From an uncultured Planctomycetia bacterium (GTDB taxonomy: Bacteria > Omnitrophota > Gorgyraeia > VGKH01 > JBHPFN01), in contig CAYOSQ010000003.1 of the NCBI GenBank assembly GCA_964406665.1, positions 186,558-250,557 of the forward strand: 64,000 nucleotides of DNA, read 5' to 3'. Shown here one piece after another: positions 50,739 through 60,972 of the stretch. The notes below the pieces were generated by a model. That model ran no database searches. It was not told where the DNA came from and saw nothing but the letters and a program-made list of their open reading frames with translations. Within the stretch, counting starts at the first letter, position 1, and each line of letters begins with the position of its first letter. Both the position numbers and the translations under genes were made by a program.

Positions 50739-51672
50739 GATGAAAAAGACTTTTCTTATAATATTCTTATTATTTTTTGCGACGACGTGTTTTGCTCAAG
50801 AAAGAGTAGTCGCCGCAAGAATGCAATATAACAACCTGCCAATTAACCTCATAATTACTCCTGAGAAGAGAGTTTTTGTTTTAGGGGAACCAGTAATGGT
50901 AAAAACCGAACTCAAAAATAATTCTGATAAAGAAGTAATGATCGTTATTCCTGCAGATGGCTCTGAGGCTAAAATGAGATATCCGCATTTTTATTTTGAA
51001 TTCACAGGTAAAGATGCAAAGGCTGTTAAGAACAAAGCCAGGTGCGGAGTTGTGGACCCTCTTGTGCTAGATTCTTTTGCAGTTGTTCCCTCCGGGGAAG
51101 GAATTGCATTAAGTTCAATGTGGTCAGAAGGAGATATTAGCAAATTTATGGATATCCCTACAGGAGAATATAGAGTTCATTGTTTTTACTCAACAGATAC
51201 AGAAGATGAAAAATCTTGGCATGGTAGGTATTCTGATGAAGAATGGAAAAAACGTGATAAGAATGAATTCTGGGCGAAACGGGATGAAGAGATGAGGAAG
51301 ATAAATCAACTGCTTAAAAAAGTACCCAGAATGAATCTAAAATCTAATTCTGTCAGGATAAAGATTGTCGATAAGTTAGAGTCTTTCAGTGATAAATATT
51401 ACCAGATAAAAGAAGCAATGAGTAGAGTTGATGTTGGGAAATTTCTAGGTGAGCCAGCGCGAAAAAAAATTGCAGTTTTACCAAGGGGACCATTTTACGG
51501 TCCACAAGAAGGCCTGGTTAAAATTCTAAAGCCTGGAAGTGAATATGAAGAGTGGGAGTACGAATCTGATAATATTATTTATTTTATTTGGTTTGGATCT
51601 GTTGGAGATGTTAATTCAGCAAACTGGAAAGTAATCGACGTGGGAGAATATCCTAAGGGCGCTGTATTTTAA
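50739..51672 (+). CDS. Secreted hypothetical protein
   Basis: Signal peptide (MKKTFLIIFLLFFATTCFAQ). I moved the start out of the tRNA to the ATG at 50739. Confidence 0.6.
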
Positions 51673-51690
51673 ATCATACATAAGGGTAAA

Positions 51691-52392
51691 TTGATAATGA
51701 AAAAGATATTTTTGATTTTAGTAGTTTTATTGATGTTTTCTGTCAGCAACTCTTTAGCTCAAGATGCAATAAAGCCACACAGGATAAAGAATTTCTTTCC
51801 AAAAGGAGAAGCTCTTCTTGATGGATATTTAGTCGATTATTCCCAATGGAAGCGTTATTCGGCCTTTAATAAAGCCTTATTTATCAAAGAGTATATTATG
51901 GAGTTAGAAGATGAATTTAACGTTGTTATAAAATTCAGACGCTGGGGATTGGGTCCTTTTGATAAATATATTGATGAAAAGATAAAGAAGGAAGAAGATA
52001 AGATTATTGTTTATAATTTTATTAGAGAGTTTCTTAAAGAGCAGTGTGCTTTTCCTTCAACGGAAAGTGGTTGCGATGATTTATACAAATACGATACTAA
52101 TGATGTTCCGGAAGTATTCTTTTTTCCGATTAGCCTGTCTCGCTGGGATGGTACAAAAATAGATGTTATGTCGTGGGGTAAGCTTGATTCACTTTTGAAA
52201 GAGAAGTTTATGCTGGAGTATTCTAAGGTACTTGAGATAAAATATGATACTACAATTAAGTTTGATAAATATGTTTATCTTGCTATTTTGGATGGCATGG
52301 CAAAAGAACCAGATGCAATGTGGATGACCGATTTATTCGAGCGTGCATTAAAAGAAGATGATATAATCAAAGAAAAAGGAGAGAAAGAATAG
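51691..52392 (+). CDS. Secreted hypothetical protein
   Basis: Signal peptide; no recognisable motifs. Confidence 0.55.
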   Translation: MIMKKIFLILVVLLMFSVSNSLAQDAIKPHRIKNFFPKGEALLDGYLVDYSQWKRYSAFNKALFIKEYIMELEDEFNVVIKFRRWGLGPFDKYIDEKIKKEEDKIIVYNFIREFLKEQCAFPSTESGCDDLYKYDTNDVPEVFFFPISLSRWDGTKIDVMSWGKLDSLLKEKFMLEYSKVLEIKYDTTIKFDKYVYLAILDGMAKEPDAMWMTDLFERALKEDDIIKEKGEKE

Positions 52393-52393
52393 A

Positions 52394-52882
52394 ATGGAGA
52401 ATATTACAGCGCTTAGAAAGATAAATAAATATTCATTTAGACTTTTGGTAATTGTTCTTTTTGCTTGTTTAAGTTTTATTGGTTGTTCTTCAAAAGCAAA
52501 GAATGTCTACAATATAGATCTTGACAATGATAGAAGAGAAGAAGTTGTAAAGGTCAAAGGTTTAAAGGTTGTGGTTTCCAGAAAAAACGGTAAGGTAATC
52601 GGGAAGATTGACCTTTTGGACTATTCTGAAAAGATAGAATTTGTTGATTTAAACAAGGACGGTAAGAAGCAGATAGTTCTTTGGGCACAGGGAGACGAAG
52701 GTTTTTCTCAAGGGATAGTTATTTATGGTTTGATCAATAACAAGCTTTTGGAGATATTCAGACTTGATGTAGATTCTCAGATCGAAGTTGATTTTGTTTC
52801 TACACCCCCTGTAATCATTGGAGGTAGTACTAGGTGGATATGGGATGGCTCTAGATTCAAGGGTTCCTTAGAAAATTTTTAA
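52394..52882 (+). CDS. Lipoprotein with an FG-GAP/VCBS-like DxNxDG motif
   Basis: Lipobox (FIGCSS) and DLNKDGKKQ. Confidence 0.5.
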   Translation: MENITALRKINKYSFRLLVIVLFACLSFIGCSSKAKNVYNIDLDNDRREEVVKVKGLKVVVSRKNGKVIGKIDLLDYSEKIEFVDLNKDGKKQIVLWAQGDEGFSQGIVIYGLINNKLLEIFRLDVDSQIEVDFVSTPPVIIGGSTRWIWDGSRFKGSLENF

Positions 52883-52922
52883 AATTTTATGAAGAATAAT
52901 TTATTTCAAGGAGGTTGTTAAG

Positions 52923-53348
52923 ATGAGAGCAATAGCACTACTAATTGTTTTTTTAATGTTTTGTGTAAACGTGTATGCTGAGGATTCATCTGGTTTGTTG
53001 ATTATTAAAAATCCCAATCTTTCTGCTGCAGTTGTAAGCAGTAAAGTTGATATGGGAAAGATGGATTATGCGTACAATAATCCTACAACAGTTGATAAGA
53101 GCGGTAATTTTTATTTTTGTAGTTCAGAGAATAATCGATTAGATTCTTTATGGAAAGTAAGCAGGGTCAATTCTAAAACCGGGAACATTGATGAAATCTG
53201 CAGGCTTGATTTAAGCTCTAATAAGTATAGGTTTATCCGCTCAATTAACTATGTAGATTCCGGGAAACTCTATATTTGGTTGGCAACAGAAAGAGCACGT
53301 TCAGGAGAATGGCAGGGGGCATTAGTAGAAATTTCCGGACTTCAATAA
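52923..53348 (+). CDS. Secreted hypothetical protein
   Basis: Signal peptide. Confidence 0.5.
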   Translation: MRAIALLIVFLMFCVNVYAEDSSGLLIIKNPNLSAAVVSSKVDMGKMDYAYNNPTTVDKSGNFYFCSSENNRLDSLWKVSRVNSKTGNIDEICRLDLSSNKYRFIRSINYVDSGKLYIWLATERARSGEWQGALVEISGLQ

Positions 53349-53460
53349 GCTCATATTTTTGCAATTTAATTCTTATAACTATAATTGCCATAGGTTTTTA
53401 CTGCAATTTAATCTTGCCTAAAAGGTTTTAAATGGTATAATAATTTTCGATAAATCAGTG

Positions 53461-53535
53461 GGCCGTTAGCTCAATGGTAGAGCAGGAGCCTCTTAAGCTC
53501 AAGGTTGAAGGTTCAAATCCTTCACGGCTCACCAA
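53461..53535 (+). tRNA. tRNA-Lys (anticodon CUU)
   Basis: Cloverleaf with anticodon loop ctCTTaa, T-arm gaaggTTCAAAtccttc, encoded CCA. Confidence 0.8.
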
Positions 53536-53563
53536 ATCCACTTATTTTTAAATCAAAATCCGC

Positions 53564-53980
53564 ATGAAAAGGTTCGAAATCATAGAACACACCGCTGATA
53601 TTGGCATAAAGATATTCGGCAGTGATTTAAAAGAACTGTTCTGCAATGCTGCTGCAGGGATGTTCGATATTATAGCCGATTCAAAAGAAGTCAACCGAAA
53701 GAAGCATATTAACGTTGAGGTTAAAGCTGATAATATTGAAGAGCTTTTGGTAAACTGGTTAACTGAGCTCTTGTTCCATTTCAATGCTAATTTTATTATT
53801 CTTAAAGAATTTTCTATAACTGAAATATCACAAAATAATATTAAAGCTGTAGTCTCAGGTGAAAAAATCGATAAAAACAAGCATAGTATAAATACAGAGA
53901 TAAAGGCAGTAACTTATCATGAGCTTAAAGTAGAAAAAAAGGATTTTGGCTGGAACGTACAGGTTATCTTCGACGTGTAG
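53564..53980 (+). CDS. Archease
   Basis: MKRFEIIEHTADIGIKIFG... archease N-terminal signature, upstream of rtcB. Confidence 0.85.
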   Translation: MKRFEIIEHTADIGIKIFGSDLKELFCNAAAGMFDIIADSKEVNRKKHINVEVKADNIEELLVNWLTELLFHFNANFIILKEFSITEISQNNIKAVVSGEKIDKNKHSINTEIKAVTYHELKVEKKDFGWNVQVIFDV

Positions 53981-53990
53981 GAGGAATTTT

Positions 53991-54203
53991 ATGGCAAGTT
54001 GGGTTACGGTTCACACAACAAATGATGAAGCTGAGGTTAATTTAGTCAAAGGAATATTAGAGGAATATGGAATAAATTGTATTATCGAAAGCTCAAAACA
54101 TAGCCCTTGGATAACAGCACCATTGTTTAATCAGTTTGAGTTAAAAGTTTTGAAAGAGAAACTTGAAGAAGCTAAAGAAATAATTAAAACCGCAGGAGAT
54201 TAA
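53991..54203 (+). CDS. Small conserved protein (DUF2007-like)
   Basis: WVTVHTTNDEAEVNLVKGILEEYGI motif. Its start follows a ggagg RBS after the archease stop. Confidence 0.5.
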   Translation: MASWVTVHTTNDEAEVNLVKGILEEYGINCIIESSKHSPWITAPLFNQFELKVLKEKLEEAKEIIKTAGD

Positions 54204-55661
54204 ATGGCAGAGGTTTGGCAGGGTACGCTAAACAAGATTGATGATTTTCGATATGAGATCCCTAGGTCTTATAAGCAAGGAATGCGTGTCAGGGGTTTGA
54301 TATATGCGGATGATAAGTTGATAAAAAACATCCGTCATGATAAGGCAGCTGAACAAGTTGCAAATGTAGCTTTTTTACCCGGGATTGTCGGTAGCTCTTT
54401 AGCAATGCCGGATATTCACTGGGGCTATGGTTTTTCGATTGGTGGAGTTGCTGCAACTGACCCTGAAAACGGTGGTGTAGTTTCTCCGGCGGGTGTGGGT
54501 TATGATATTAATTGCGGCGTGCGGCTGCTTAGAACTAATTTAGAGTATGATGATATAAAAGATAAAATTGAAGATCTGACCTATGCGTTGTTTAACAATA
54601 TTCCTTCAGGCGTAGGTTCAAAGGGAGATATTCGCTTATCTTATAATGATGAAAAGAAGATTTTAGTAAATGGTGCTAAATGGGCTGTTGAAAATGGATA
54701 TGGTGCTGCAGAGGATTTAGAGGCTACAGAAGAATTTGGCGCAATAAAGGGCGCAGATCCTTTAAGTGTATCGGAGAGAGCGATTAAAAGAGGCAAGGCT
54801 CAGTCTGGAACACTTGGTTCAGGAAATCATTTTTTAGAAGTACAAGTAATCGATAAAATATTTGATGAAGAAAGTGCAGAAGTTTTTAATCTTCGGGTTG
54901 GTCAAATAACAGCAATGATTCATTCTGGATCCCGTGGTTTAGGTTATCAGGTTTGTGATGATTTTGTAAAAAGTATGATAAAATGTATTAGTAAATACAA
55001 AATCAATGTTCCTGACAGGCAACTTGTCGGTGCACCGGTTAATTCGCCGGAGGCAGAAGCTTATATTTCTGCGATGAGATGTGCGGCTAATTATGCTTGG
55101 GCAAACCGGCAGTGTTTGATGCATTTAACAAGAGAAGTATTCCAGAAGATGTTCGGCAGAAGCTGGCGCGATATGGATATGCATCTGATTTATGATGTTG
55201 CTCATAATATCGCAAAATTTGAAAAACACAAAGTAAAAGGTAAAGAAAAGGTTTTATGTGTTCATAGAAAAGGCGCGACGCGTGCTTTCCCACCTGGACA
55301 TCCGGAGTTACCGCAAAAGTATCAAAAGACTGGTCAGCCGGTAATTATTCCGGGGGATATGGGGAGGAATTCTTATCTTCTTACAGGGACAGAAAAGGCC
55401 GCAGAAACTTTTTACTCTACTTGTCATGGTGCTGGAAGATTAAAGTCGCGCACTGCTGCAACTAAAGAGTTTGATGCGCAATGGCTTGTTAATGATTTAA
55501 AATCTAAGGGAATCTTTGTAAAGGCCTCAGGACGTGGTACTATATCAGAAGAAGCTCCGGGAGCCTACAAGGATGTAAACGATGTGGTTGATGTTGTACA
55601 TAATGCGGGAATTTCCCACAAGGTTTGCCGTATGCGGCCTTTGGGAGTAATAAAGGGGTGA
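54204..55661 (+). CDS. rtcB: RNA-splicing ligase RtcB
   Basis: 485 aa with conserved RtcB blocks (GYDINCGVR, HSGSRGLG, CHGAGR). Confidence 0.95.
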   Translation: MAEVWQGTLNKIDDFRYEIPRSYKQGMRVRGLIYADDKLIKNIRHDKAAEQVANVAFLPGIVGSSLAMPDIHWGYGFSIGGVAATDPENGGVVSPAGVGYDINCGVRLLRTNLEYDDIKDKIEDLTYALFNNIPSGVGSKGDIRLSYNDEKKILVNGAKWAVENGYGAAEDLEATEEFGAIKGADPLSVSERAIKRGKAQSGTLGSGNHFLEVQVIDKIFDEESAEVFNLRVGQITAMIHSGSRGLGYQVCDDFVKSMIKCISKYKINVPDRQLVGAPVNSPEAEAYISAMRCAANYAWANRQCLMHLTREVFQKMFGRSWRDMDMHLIYDVAHNIAKFEKHKVKGKEKVLCVHRKGATRAFPPGHPELPQKYQKTGQPVIIPGDMGRNSYLLTGTEKAAETFYSTCHGAGRLKSRTAATKEFDAQWLVNDLKSKGIFVKASGRGTISEEAPGAYKDVNDVVDVVHNAGISHKVCRMRPLGVIKG

Positions 55662-55666
55662 TAGAG

Positions 55667-56185
55667 ATGAAGAAGTTAATTATCATTTTGATTATTGGAT
55701 TATTGTCGTTTGCATCGAATGTTTTCGCACTTGAACCAAATGAACCAGGCGAGCTAGAAGCTTACATAGTTGTCAGTGATACACCTGATTTTATCGATGA
55801 GTGGATGTCAACTCCGTTTGAAAAAGACATACATATGAAACGCATCAAAGAAGTAAGATACGAACAGATGTTTCATATTGCTGTATTGGTAACTGGTTTT
55901 GTTGTTAATAGAAATAGCAGGACAGATATAACTGCTGATTTTATATTAGAGAATCCCAACAGAACTATTCAGTTTAATGAAAAAGATATGTTTACGCATG
56001 GAAGGAAAATGCACAACTTAACAGGGTTTCTTATGCTTGATCCTGCAATAGATTTAGCATTTGAAGAAACCGATAAGCCAGGTAAATATACTATAAAAGT
56101 AAAGGTTACAGATAGAGAATTAGAAAAAACAGTGAAAGAAAAATATATTGTAGTTTTAACTGAAGAACCAAACATTGAAGAATAG
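55667..56185 (+). CDS. Secreted hypothetical protein
   Basis: Signal peptide (MKKLIIILIIGLLSFASNVFA) with an aagggg RBS. I trimmed the start from the ORF-track value. Confidence 0.55.
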   Translation: MKKLIIILIIGLLSFASNVFALEPNEPGELEAYIVVSDTPDFIDEWMSTPFEKDIHMKRIKEVRYEQMFHIAVLVTGFVVNRNSRTDITADFILENPNRTIQFNEKDMFTHGRKMHNLTGFLMLDPAIDLAFEETDKPGKYTIKVKVTDRELEKTVKEKYIVVLTEEPNIEE

Positions 56186-56197
56186 AAAAGGTGAGAA

Positions 56198-57466
56198 ATG
56201 TTAGATCTTAAATTTATTCGCGAGAATACTGATTTAGTAAAAAAATCAATAAAAGACAGAGCAGCTAAAGTTGATTTAGATGAGATTGTCAAACTTGATG
56301 CAGCTAGGCGCAAGGTATTAACTTCACTTGACGGATTACGCTCTGAAAAAAATAAAGCCAATGATGAAATTTCTGTTTTGTTGAAAGAAAAAAAGGATCC
56401 CAAAAAGAAAATTGCAGCGATGAAAAAAATCTCTACTGAAATTGGAAAGTTAGAGAAAGAATTAAAAAAACTTGAACCAAAACTATATGATCTTATTTTA
56501 ACCGTACCCAACATTCCTCACGAGTCGCTTCCCGTGGGAGCAGTTGAAAAAAACAAAGTTATTCGTAGCTGGAGGGAGCCGAAGAAGCCTGATTTTTCTG
56601 TAAAAACACATGATGAACTTGCTGAGAAACTTGACATCATTGATTTTAAACGAGCTACAAAAATTACGGGCTCAAATTTTATTTTGTATAAAGGTTGGGG
56701 TGCACGTTTAGAAAGGGCATTATTAAATTTTATGTTGGATTTTCATACTGAGAAACACGGTTATACCGAGGTGTTTCCACCTTTTTTAGTAAATCGAGCC
56801 TCTATGACAGGTACCGGGCAGCTTCCCAAGTTGGAAGAAGATATGTATAGGCTTAAAGATGATGATTTGTTTTTGATTCCTACTGCAGAGGTTCCTGTCA
56901 CGAATATCTATAGAGATGATATATTAAATGAAGATGATTTACCGATTAATTATACGGCATATACAGCCTGTTTTAGGAGAGAAGCAGGTTCTTATGGTAA
57001 GGATACCAAGGGTCTTATGCGCGTGCATCAGTTTAATAAAGTTGAATTGGTTAAATTTGTGAAGCCCGAAGACTCTTTTAATGAATTAGAAAAACTTTTA
57101 GGAAATGCTGAAGATGTCTTGCAAGCTCTTGGTTTGCCTTATAGAGTTGTTATGCTGGCAACCGAAGATCTCAGCTTTGCAGCAAGCAAATGTTATGACA
57201 TTGAGGCTTATGCATCTGGAATTGATAAGTGGCTTGAAGTTTCAAGCTGTAGTAATTTCTGTGATTTTCAGGCAAGACGGGCAAATATTAGATTCAGAAA
57301 CAGCACGACTAAAAAACTTGCCTTTATCCATACGTTAAATGGTTCTGGAGTCGCCTTAGCTCGCACCATGATTGCAATTTTAGAAAATTATCAACAAAAA
57401 GACGGTACTGTAATAGTTCCCGATGTATTAAGACGGTATATGGACGGGAAGGAAATCATTGAGTGA
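56198..57466 (+). CDS. serS: Seryl-tRNA synthetase
   Basis: N-terminal coiled-coil arm plus class II aaRS core; 422 aa. Confidence 0.95.
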   Translation: MLDLKFIRENTDLVKKSIKDRAAKVDLDEIVKLDAARRKVLTSLDGLRSEKNKANDEISVLLKEKKDPKKKIAAMKKISTEIGKLEKELKKLEPKLYDLILTVPNIPHESLPVGAVEKNKVIRSWREPKKPDFSVKTHDELAEKLDIIDFKRATKITGSNFILYKGWGARLERALLNFMLDFHTEKHGYTEVFPPFLVNRASMTGTGQLPKLEEDMYRLKDDDLFLIPTAEVPVTNIYRDDILNEDDLPINYTAYTACFRREAGSYGKDTKGLMRVHQFNKVELVKFVKPEDSFNELEKLLGNAEDVLQALGLPYRVVMLATEDLSFAASKCYDIEAYASGIDKWLEVSSCSNFCDFQARRANIRFRNSTTKKLAFIHTLNGSGVALARTMIAILENYQQKDGTVIVPDVLRRYMDGKEIIE

Positions 57467-58064
57467 TCATATAAAAAATTTAGTTATTTTTATTTGTACG
57501 TATTTTTTACTACCTGTATCAGTAGGAATTTCGGTAAGTTTTTATTCTCAGCTGGGTGCGGCAGGAATTGATGTAAGAAATATTTTTTTCGCAGGTTTAT
57601 TTAGCTTCCTAGTTCTGTATCTGTTTGTTTGGGAGCCGCATTTTTTACACGATAAAGGACAAAGTTTTATCGGCAGGTTATGTAGTTTTTCTCCTTCGTT
57701 TGCTAATAGCGCATCTTTTTTTGTCTCAGCATACACTGCATTGTTTTTAATTATTTTTGTGATTTTCTCTTTAATCATAAGAACACATAAATATGATAGT
57801 GTTTTTATTTTTATTATAGGATTGAGCATTGGATTATATCTTGTTTTTACAGCGAAAAACTTAAAGAGCCAGCTAGAAGATTTTGTGAGTTCTAGATATT
57901 TCTTTACATTGGAAGTTGCTTATATGATTAACTTAACTATTGTTGCTTTTGTATTTAATTACCTTTTTAAAAGCTTTTCTTTTGTTAAGTTTTTTCAACT
58001 TTCTTTGAAAATTGCTGGCGATATTTATTATGTAGTCTTTGGGCAATTATTTTTTGTTTCATAA
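57459..58064 (+). CDS. Polytopic membrane protein, function unknown
   Basis: Multiple hydrophobic helices. Confidence 0.5.
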   Translation: MSDHIKNLVIFICTYFLLPVSVGISVSFYSQLGAAGIDVRNIFFAGLFSFLVLYLFVWEPHFLHDKGQSFIGRLCSFSPSFANSASFFVSAYTALFLIIFVIFSLIIRTHKYDSVFIFIIGLSIGLYLVFTAKNLKSQLEDFVSSRYFFTLEVAYMINLTIVAFVFNYLFKSFSFVKFFQLSLKIAGDIYYVVFGQLFFVS

Positions 58065-58136
58065 ATATTGAACTCAGATTGCACAAAGTTTTTTCCAATG
58101 GTATAATAAAACTCACTACGTTTATTTAGTTTTTTT

Positions 58137-58223
58137 GGAGGCGTGGCTGAGTGGTTGAAAGCGGCAGTCTTGAAAACTGTTGTGGGCGTAAGTCCACCAG
58201 GGGTTCGAATCCTCTCGCCTCCG
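58137..58223 (+). tRNA. tRNA-Ser (anticodon UGA)
   Basis: Class II tRNA with a long variable arm, anticodon loop ctTGAaa, Ser-type D-loop (gagtggttgaa). Confidence 0.8.
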
Positions 58224-58252
58224 AAAGAAATAGATAGAGTTAAAATCTATCT

Positions 58253-58338
58253 GGAGAGGTGCGAGAGTGGTTGAATCGGCCGGTCTCGAAAATCGGTAGG
58301 TCATTTTGGCCTCCTGGGTTCAAATCCCAGCCTCTCCG
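58253..58338 (+). tRNA. tRNA-Ser (anticodon CGA)
   Basis: Class II tRNA, anticodon loop ctCGAaa, long variable arm. Confidence 0.75.
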
Positions 58339-58390
58339 GTAAGCTATGTGAGAAAATTAAATATTATAATTAAAACATATTAATAGGGAG

Positions 58391-58672
58391 GTGGTCATAG
58401 TGTTTATTGATGGAACAATTATTCTAGTTTTAAAGATAGTAATGCGCATGTTGATAGCATTAGCTTTTGCCTGCAGCCTTTTTTTATTGGTTACTCCCGA
58501 AGGTTATTTGAAACTTAGTAGGATTCTAGAGAAAGAATATGGCCTTAGAAAAAAGATTATTCCTTCCATAGAAAAAGAAGAAGGAGTTATTGATAATTTC
58601 TTATTACGCTTTAGAATGGTTATCGGCGCCATTTTCCTTTTTGTTTCAATAGTCCTACTGTCCCAGTTTTAA
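58391..58672 (+). CDS. Small membrane protein
   Basis: Hydrophobic. GTG start at 58391, or at 58400 with better RBS spacing. Confidence 0.4.
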   Translation: MVIVFIDGTIILVLKIVMRMLIALAFACSLFLLVTPEGYLKLSRILEKEYGLRKKIIPSIEKEEGVIDNFLLRFRMVIGAIFLFVSIVLLSQF

Positions 58673-58705
58673 TTTTAACAGAATTACTAGTTTTAAATTC
58701 TTTTG

Positions 58706-58793
58706 GGAGAGGTGCTGGAGCTGGTCTAACAGGCATGTTTGGAGAACATGTGAACCCGTAAGGGTTCCGGGAGTTCGAATCTCCCCCTCTCCG
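58706..58793 (+). tRNA. tRNA-Ser (anticodon GGA)
   Basis: Class II tRNA, anticodon stem catgt/acatg, loop ttGGAga, long variable arm. Confidence 0.7.
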
Positions 58794-58852
58794 CTGACTA
58801 CCTAAAAAAAGATAAAAAACTTAATACTAACTCAAGGAGAAAAGAGGATTTA

Positions 58853-60217
58853 ATGGATAACAGAGAGCTGCTCAAGATTGAATTGGAAGTGGTGGATAAA
58901 CTAAGAGGAAAAATCAGCTTGCTTCAGAAAGATGATGAAAAAGAACGGATAGTTCTTGAGGTTCTCTCTGAAATATGTGGATTATTGGAAAAAGAAACAT
59001 TGCTGGGTGAAGTAAAAACTTTAAAGACCGAAGAAGAACGTAAACATTTTACGAAGAACTTCTTTTCTTATGGAGTTATTGAAGAGCTATTGTGTGATCC
59101 TAATGTAGAAGATATCATTATTAATGCTTTGAACCCTATTTTTGTTCATCACTCTGAAAAAGGTTTAATAAAAACGCACTGCCAGTTTAACTCTGAAAGA
59201 GAACTTGATTTATTTCTTCACAAATTGATAGTTTTTTCAGGAAGAAAAGAATTAAAAAGAGTTAATAATCTTGAGCTGCCTAATATTCAAGGGCGTGTGA
59301 ATATAGTGCTTTCTCCTTTGGGACCTCAGATTACAATAACCAAGGCAAAATATGAGCCACTTAGCATTATTGATTTAATCGAAAAAGAATCAATGACTTA
59401 TGATCTCGCTGCACAGCTTTGGTTGTATCTGGAGGGTCTTCAGGTAAGGCCAGCCAACGTTATTATTTCTGGTGGGCCTGGTTCTGGGAAAACAACTTTA
59501 CTTAATGCTTTATTTAGTTTTGTTCCCTCCAGTGAAAGAATGGTAATCATAGAGGATACGCTGGAATTAAATACTCAGTTTGAAGAAAGCTGTTCCCGTT
59601 TAGAGAGTGATGAATATATGGATCTAGCCGAACTTGTAAAAAATAGCTTAAGGATGCGTCCTGATAGAATAATTATTGGTGAGGTTCGAGGTGAGGAAGC
59701 AAAGGATTTAATGACCGCAGTTAACGTAGGAAAATATTGCATGGGTACAATACATGCAAGCACAGCTAGGGAAGCAATTATCCGTATGCAGAACCAGCCG
59801 ATGAATGTTCCGGAGATTTTAGTTGGCCTTGTTGATGCTTTTATTATAATGAAGAAATTTTCTTCAAAAGATAAAGTTTATCGTGTTGTTGAAGAGCTTG
59901 TAGAAACTGGTGGAATTGAACAAAAAACTGTTTTACTTTCACAAGTGTGGAAATACAATTATGAGAGAAACAAGATAGAGAAGGTTTCTCCTAGTACAAT
60001 TTATCGAGATAGGCTCTCAAAAGCATCAGGGATGTTACCTAAAGAAATTATCGAAGAAACTCATATTCGCTCTAGAGTTTTAAAGACTTTAAAGGAAAAA
60101 AATCTAACTACTATGAAAGAAGTTACAACTTTCTGCAGAGCTTATAGCGAAGATTGCGATTCTGCGTTAGCTGGTTTGAATCTTCGCAAGAAAGATCTTG
60201 TTGTATTGGACGATTAA
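58853..60217 (+). CDS. Type II/IV secretion-system ATPase (CpaF/TadA/VirB11 family)
   Basis: Walker A GGPGSGKTT, plus RPDRIIIGEVRGEEA and GTIHAS blocks. Confidence 0.85.
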   Translation: MDNRELLKIELEVVDKLRGKISLLQKDDEKERIVLEVLSEICGLLEKETLLGEVKTLKTEEERKHFTKNFFSYGVIEELLCDPNVEDIIINALNPIFVHHSEKGLIKTHCQFNSERELDLFLHKLIVFSGRKELKRVNNLELPNIQGRVNIVLSPLGPQITITKAKYEPLSIIDLIEKESMTYDLAAQLWLYLEGLQVRPANVIISGGPGSGKTTLLNALFSFVPSSERMVIIEDTLELNTQFEESCSRLESDEYMDLAELVKNSLRMRPDRIIIGEVRGEEAKDLMTAVNVGKYCMGTIHASTAREAIIRMQNQPMNVPEILVGLVDAFIIMKKFSSKDKVYRVVEELVETGGIEQKTVLLSQVWKYNYERNKIEKVSPSTIYRDRLSKASGMLPKEIIEETHIRSRVLKTLKEKNLTTMKEVTTFCRAYSEDCDSALAGLNLRKKDLVVLDD

Positions 60218-60247
60218 TTTTCTGAAAATTAAAATTTAAAAAAGTTA

Positions 60248-60373
60248 GCGCCTGCCCCAAAAAAATGGGAATGGCGCAAAAGAAATGATGCGCCTGCCCC
60301 AAAAAAATGGGACTGGCGCAAAAGAAATGATGCGCCTGCCCAAAAAAAATGGGACTGGCGCAAAAGAAATGAT
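60248..60373 (+). repeat. 3 x 42-bp direct tandem repeats abutting tRNA-Arg
   Basis: Units at 60248-60289, 60290-60331 and 60332-60373: GCGCCTGCCCCAAAAAAATGGGA(A/C)TGGCGCAAAAGAAATGAT. Each begins with the tRNA 5' 7-mer gcgcctg and contains a GCGCC...GGCGC hairpin. Confidence 0.85.
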
Positions 60374-60447
60374 GCGCCTGTGGCCCAATTGGATAGGGCA
60401 ACTGCCTACGGAGCAGTAGGTTGGAGGTTCGAATCCTCCCAGGCGCA
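60374..60447 (+). tRNA. tRNA-Arg (anticodon ACG)
   Basis: Cloverleaf with anticodon stem actgc/gcagt, loop ctACGga, T-arm ggaggTTCGAAtcctcc. Confidence 0.8.
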
Positions 60448-60465
60448 CTTAAGAAGCAGGAGAAG

Positions 60466-60942
60466 ATGCAAAGAGAAAAAGAATATTTTATGCAGGAGGC
60501 ACTTAAAGAAGCAGTTGTAGCATTTGAAAATGATGAAGTTCCCGTTGGAGCAGTTGTTGAATTCAAAGGAAAAATTATCGCAAAAGCACATAATCAAGTT
60601 GAGCTTCTAAAAGACCCCACCGCACATGCAGAAATGATAGCTATTACTCAAGCTGCTAATTTTTTAAAATGCAAATGGTTGAACGACTGTTCGGTCTATG
60701 TTACAATTGAGCCTTGTAGCATGTGTGCCGGGGCGTTAATTTTAGCCAGGATTAAAAATTTGTATTATGGTGGAAATGATCCGAAAGCCGGGGCATGTGG
60801 ATCAGTGACTTCTGTTGCAAATGAAAAGCAGTTAAACCATCATATTAATATTGAAAAAGGTATTTTATCAGCAGAGAGTGGTTTGTTACTTAAGGAATTT
60901 TTCAAGAAAAAACGTAAACTACAATCGGTAAAGAATAATTAA
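60466..60942 (+). CDS. tadA: tRNA-specific adenosine deaminase
   Basis: HAEMIAI ... PCSMCAGAL zinc-deaminase motifs. The start moves to the ATG at 60466 (aggag RBS) because the ORF-track start lies inside the tRNA. Confidence 0.9.
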   Translation: MQREKEYFMQEALKEAVVAFENDEVPVGAVVEFKGKIIAKAHNQVELLKDPTAHAEMIAITQAANFLKCKWLNDCSVYVTIEPCSMCAGALILARIKNLYYGGNDPKAGACGSVTSVANEKQLNHHINIEKGILSAESGLLLKEFFKKKRKLQSVKNN

Positions 60943-60972
60943 GTTGTTTCTTTGAAAATATTAAAGTTTATC

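Noticed and set aside
60248-60373. Possible CRISPR array.
   Set aside because: The units are contiguous direct repeats with no unique spacers, and there are only three. No cas genes are nearby.
60123-60597. Minus-strand ORFs (147, 67 and 63 aa) with repeated AHHFFCASPIFLGQ / RRIISFAPVPFF peptides.
   Set aside because: They are translations of the 42-bp tandem repeats and the tRNA-Arg antisense. The periodic peptide is a repeat artefact, with no RBS or coding signal.
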